The position numbers were made by a program, and so were the translations under genes. Under the pieces are notes generated by a model. The model did no database searches, was not told where the DNA came from, and saw only the letters and a program-made list of their open reading frames with translations. From NCBI GenBank assembly GCA_013141075.1, contig JABFRQ010000004.1:3073-67072 (forward strand): DNA of 64,000 nt. Direction: 5' to 3'. This DNA is from Methylotenera sp. (GTDB taxonomy: Bacteria; Pseudomonadota; Gammaproteobacteria; Burkholderiales; Methylophilaceae). Positions within the stretch are counted from its first letter, which is position 1. Each line of letters starts with the position of its first letter. This document shows, in pieces, positions 62,453 through 64,000 of the stretch.

Positions 62453-63772
62453 ATGAGTAATCCTAATTTGAATAATCAAGATTTATTAACGCGCAGCTTA
62501 CAATCTGTTTGGCATCCTTGCACGCAGATGAAGCAGCATGAAACTTATCCGCTTATTCCTATTTCGCGTGGTGATGGTGTTTGGCTGGTTGATGCTGAAG
62601 GTAAACGCTATTTAGACGCCGTGAGTTCTTGGTGGGTGAATTTGTTTGGACATAATAACCCGCGGATTAAAGATGCGATAAAGCAGCAGTTAGATACTTT
62701 AGAGCATGTGATGCTGGCAGGTTTTACACATGAGCCTGTGGTGGAACTCTCTGAAAAGCTTGGCAAACTCACGGGTTTAGGCCATGCATTTTATGCGAGT
62801 GATGGTGCGAGTGCGACTGAAATTGCATTGAAAATGAGTTTTCACTATTGGCGTAACGCTGGTAAAGCCAATAAAACCAAATTTATCAGTTTGCAAAATA
62901 GTTACCACGGTGAAACTCTAGGCGCCCTGAGTGTGACGGATGTGGCGATTTTTAAAGATACTTATGCACCGTTATTGATGCAATCTGCGCAAATGCCTAG
63001 CCCTGATTTTCGGTTGGCGGAAACTGGTGAAAGCGAAGAAGCGTTCGCATTGCGTTGTGCCGATGTGCTAGAGGCGTATGTGAGTGAGCATTCACATGAA
63101 CTGGCAGCCTTTATTATTGAGCCACTCGTGCAGTGTGCGGCAGGCATGGGTATGTATCACCCAGTTTATTTGAAGCGTGCGCGGGAGATTTGCACTAAGT
63201 ATGAAGTGCATTTAATTGCCGATGAAATTGCGGTAGGGTTTGGGCGCACAGGTGAGATGTTTGCTTGTGAATGGGTACAAATCAAGGCGGATTTTATTTG
63301 CTTATCAAAAGGCATCACAGGTGGTTATTTGCCGTTATCTGCGGTGCTAACCACCGATAAAGTGTATCAAGCTTTTTATGATGACAGCACTGCACGCGGC
63401 TTTTTGCATAGCCATAGTTACACGGGTAACCCATTAGCTTGTAGCGCGGCACTTGCAACGCTGGCGATTTTTGAGGCGGATAATGTAATTGAAAATAACA
63501 AGGCGAAATCTGCTCAAATAGTAAGCAAAATGGTGGTTTTGAACGATATTCCGCACATGCATTTGCGCCATCAAGGCATGATATTTGCGTTTGATGTCAC
63601 CACCAAAAATGCCAAATTCTCGCGTGATTGTTATTCGGCTGCATTAAAGCAAGGTTTGTTATTGCGCCCAATTGGCAACACGGTTTATTTTATGCCGCCT
63701 TACACAATTACCGATAATGAGATTGATTTTATGGTAAATGCGACTTTAGAGGCGGTTAAAAGTACGGTATGA
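62453..63772 (+). CDS. bioA: Adenosylmethionine-8-amino-7-oxononanoate transaminase
   Basis: WHPCTQM, SSWWVN, DEIAVGFGRTG, LSKGITGG. Confidence 0.97.
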   Translation: MSNPNLNNQDLLTRSLQSVWHPCTQMKQHETYPLIPISRGDGVWLVDAEGKRYLDAVSSWWVNLFGHNNPRIKDAIKQQLDTLEHVMLAGFTHEPVVELSEKLGKLTGLGHAFYASDGASATEIALKMSFHYWRNAGKANKTKFISLQNSYHGETLGALSVTDVAIFKDTYAPLLMQSAQMPSPDFRLAETGESEEAFALRCADVLEAYVSEHSHELAAFIIEPLVQCAAGMGMYHPVYLKRAREICTKYEVHLIADEIAVGFGRTGEMFACEWVQIKADFICLSKGITGGYLPLSAVLTTDKVYQAFYDDSTARGFLHSHSYTGNPLACSAALATLAIFEADNVIENNKAKSAQIVSKMVVLNDIPHMHLRHQGMIFAFDVTTKNAKFSRDCYSAALKQGLLLRPIGNTVYFMPPYTITDNEIDFMVNATLEAVKSTV

Positions 63773-64000
63773 AAAAAGTAATCATTGGCATAAGTATGTT
63801 GTTGCTCGGCCTGCAAGCGCACGCCGAGCTCCCCACAACCGTTGCAAGCGCGCTTAGAAATGCAGGTATTCCCGCACAAAACGTGGCGGTTTATGTGCAA
63901 GCGGTTGAAGGCATTAACCCGATTATTAGCCATAATGCGGATAAAAGCATGAACCCCGCCAGTGTGATGAAACTCGTAACCACCAATGCTGCGCTAGATT
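63769..64000 (+). CDS. dacB: D-alanyl-D-alanine carboxypeptidase/endopeptidase (PBP4), 5' part
   Basis: Manual translation MKKVIIG...MNPASVMKLVTT with SxxK motif; ATGA overlap with bioA. Confidence 0.85.
   Translation, partial: MKKVIIGISMLLLGLQAHAELPTTVASALRNAGIPAQNVAVYVQAVEGINPIISHNADKSMNPASVMKLVTTNAALD

Overview
Chromosomal segment of a betaproteobacterium; protein sequences and gene context suggest Methylophilaceae/Methylotenera (inference). Bases 1-21.5 kb are a sedentary chromosomal integron. It has an intact intI (19800-20807, +), a predicted attI at ~18215-18240 with two tandem sigma70-type Pc promoters, and a minus-strand cassette array running off the left edge with 47 complete attC sites (hand count). 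Twenty-two attC-bounded cassettes carry ordinary small genes (membrane and lipoproteins, orphan immunity-like proteins, an HNH fusion, a GNAT, a stand-alone EF-Tu domain III-like protein). Twenty-four are copies of one ~305-bp G/T-skewed cassette that keeps only a short ORF (MPPRAACLLGRRA...) and always carries the same ATG-bearing attC subtype; one more is a divergent relative. Three attC-less toxin-antitoxin operons bracket intI, two of them between intI and attI. The rest (21.6-64 kb) is mostly housekeeping: ilvD, hemF, purD/purH, fis, dusB, polA, thrB, uvrD, ung, groES/EL, bioA, dacB. Small AT-rich insertions there include an AAA-ATPase+TOPRIM-like pair inside purHD, a HEPN-motif gene, DUF2971 and a GIY-YIG gene bracketed by inverted REP-like repeats. 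There is also a candidate anti-Shine-Dalgarno sRNA. Four genes have single-base homopolymer frameshifts that may be assembly errors. All family calls come from motif recognition by eye, not database searches.
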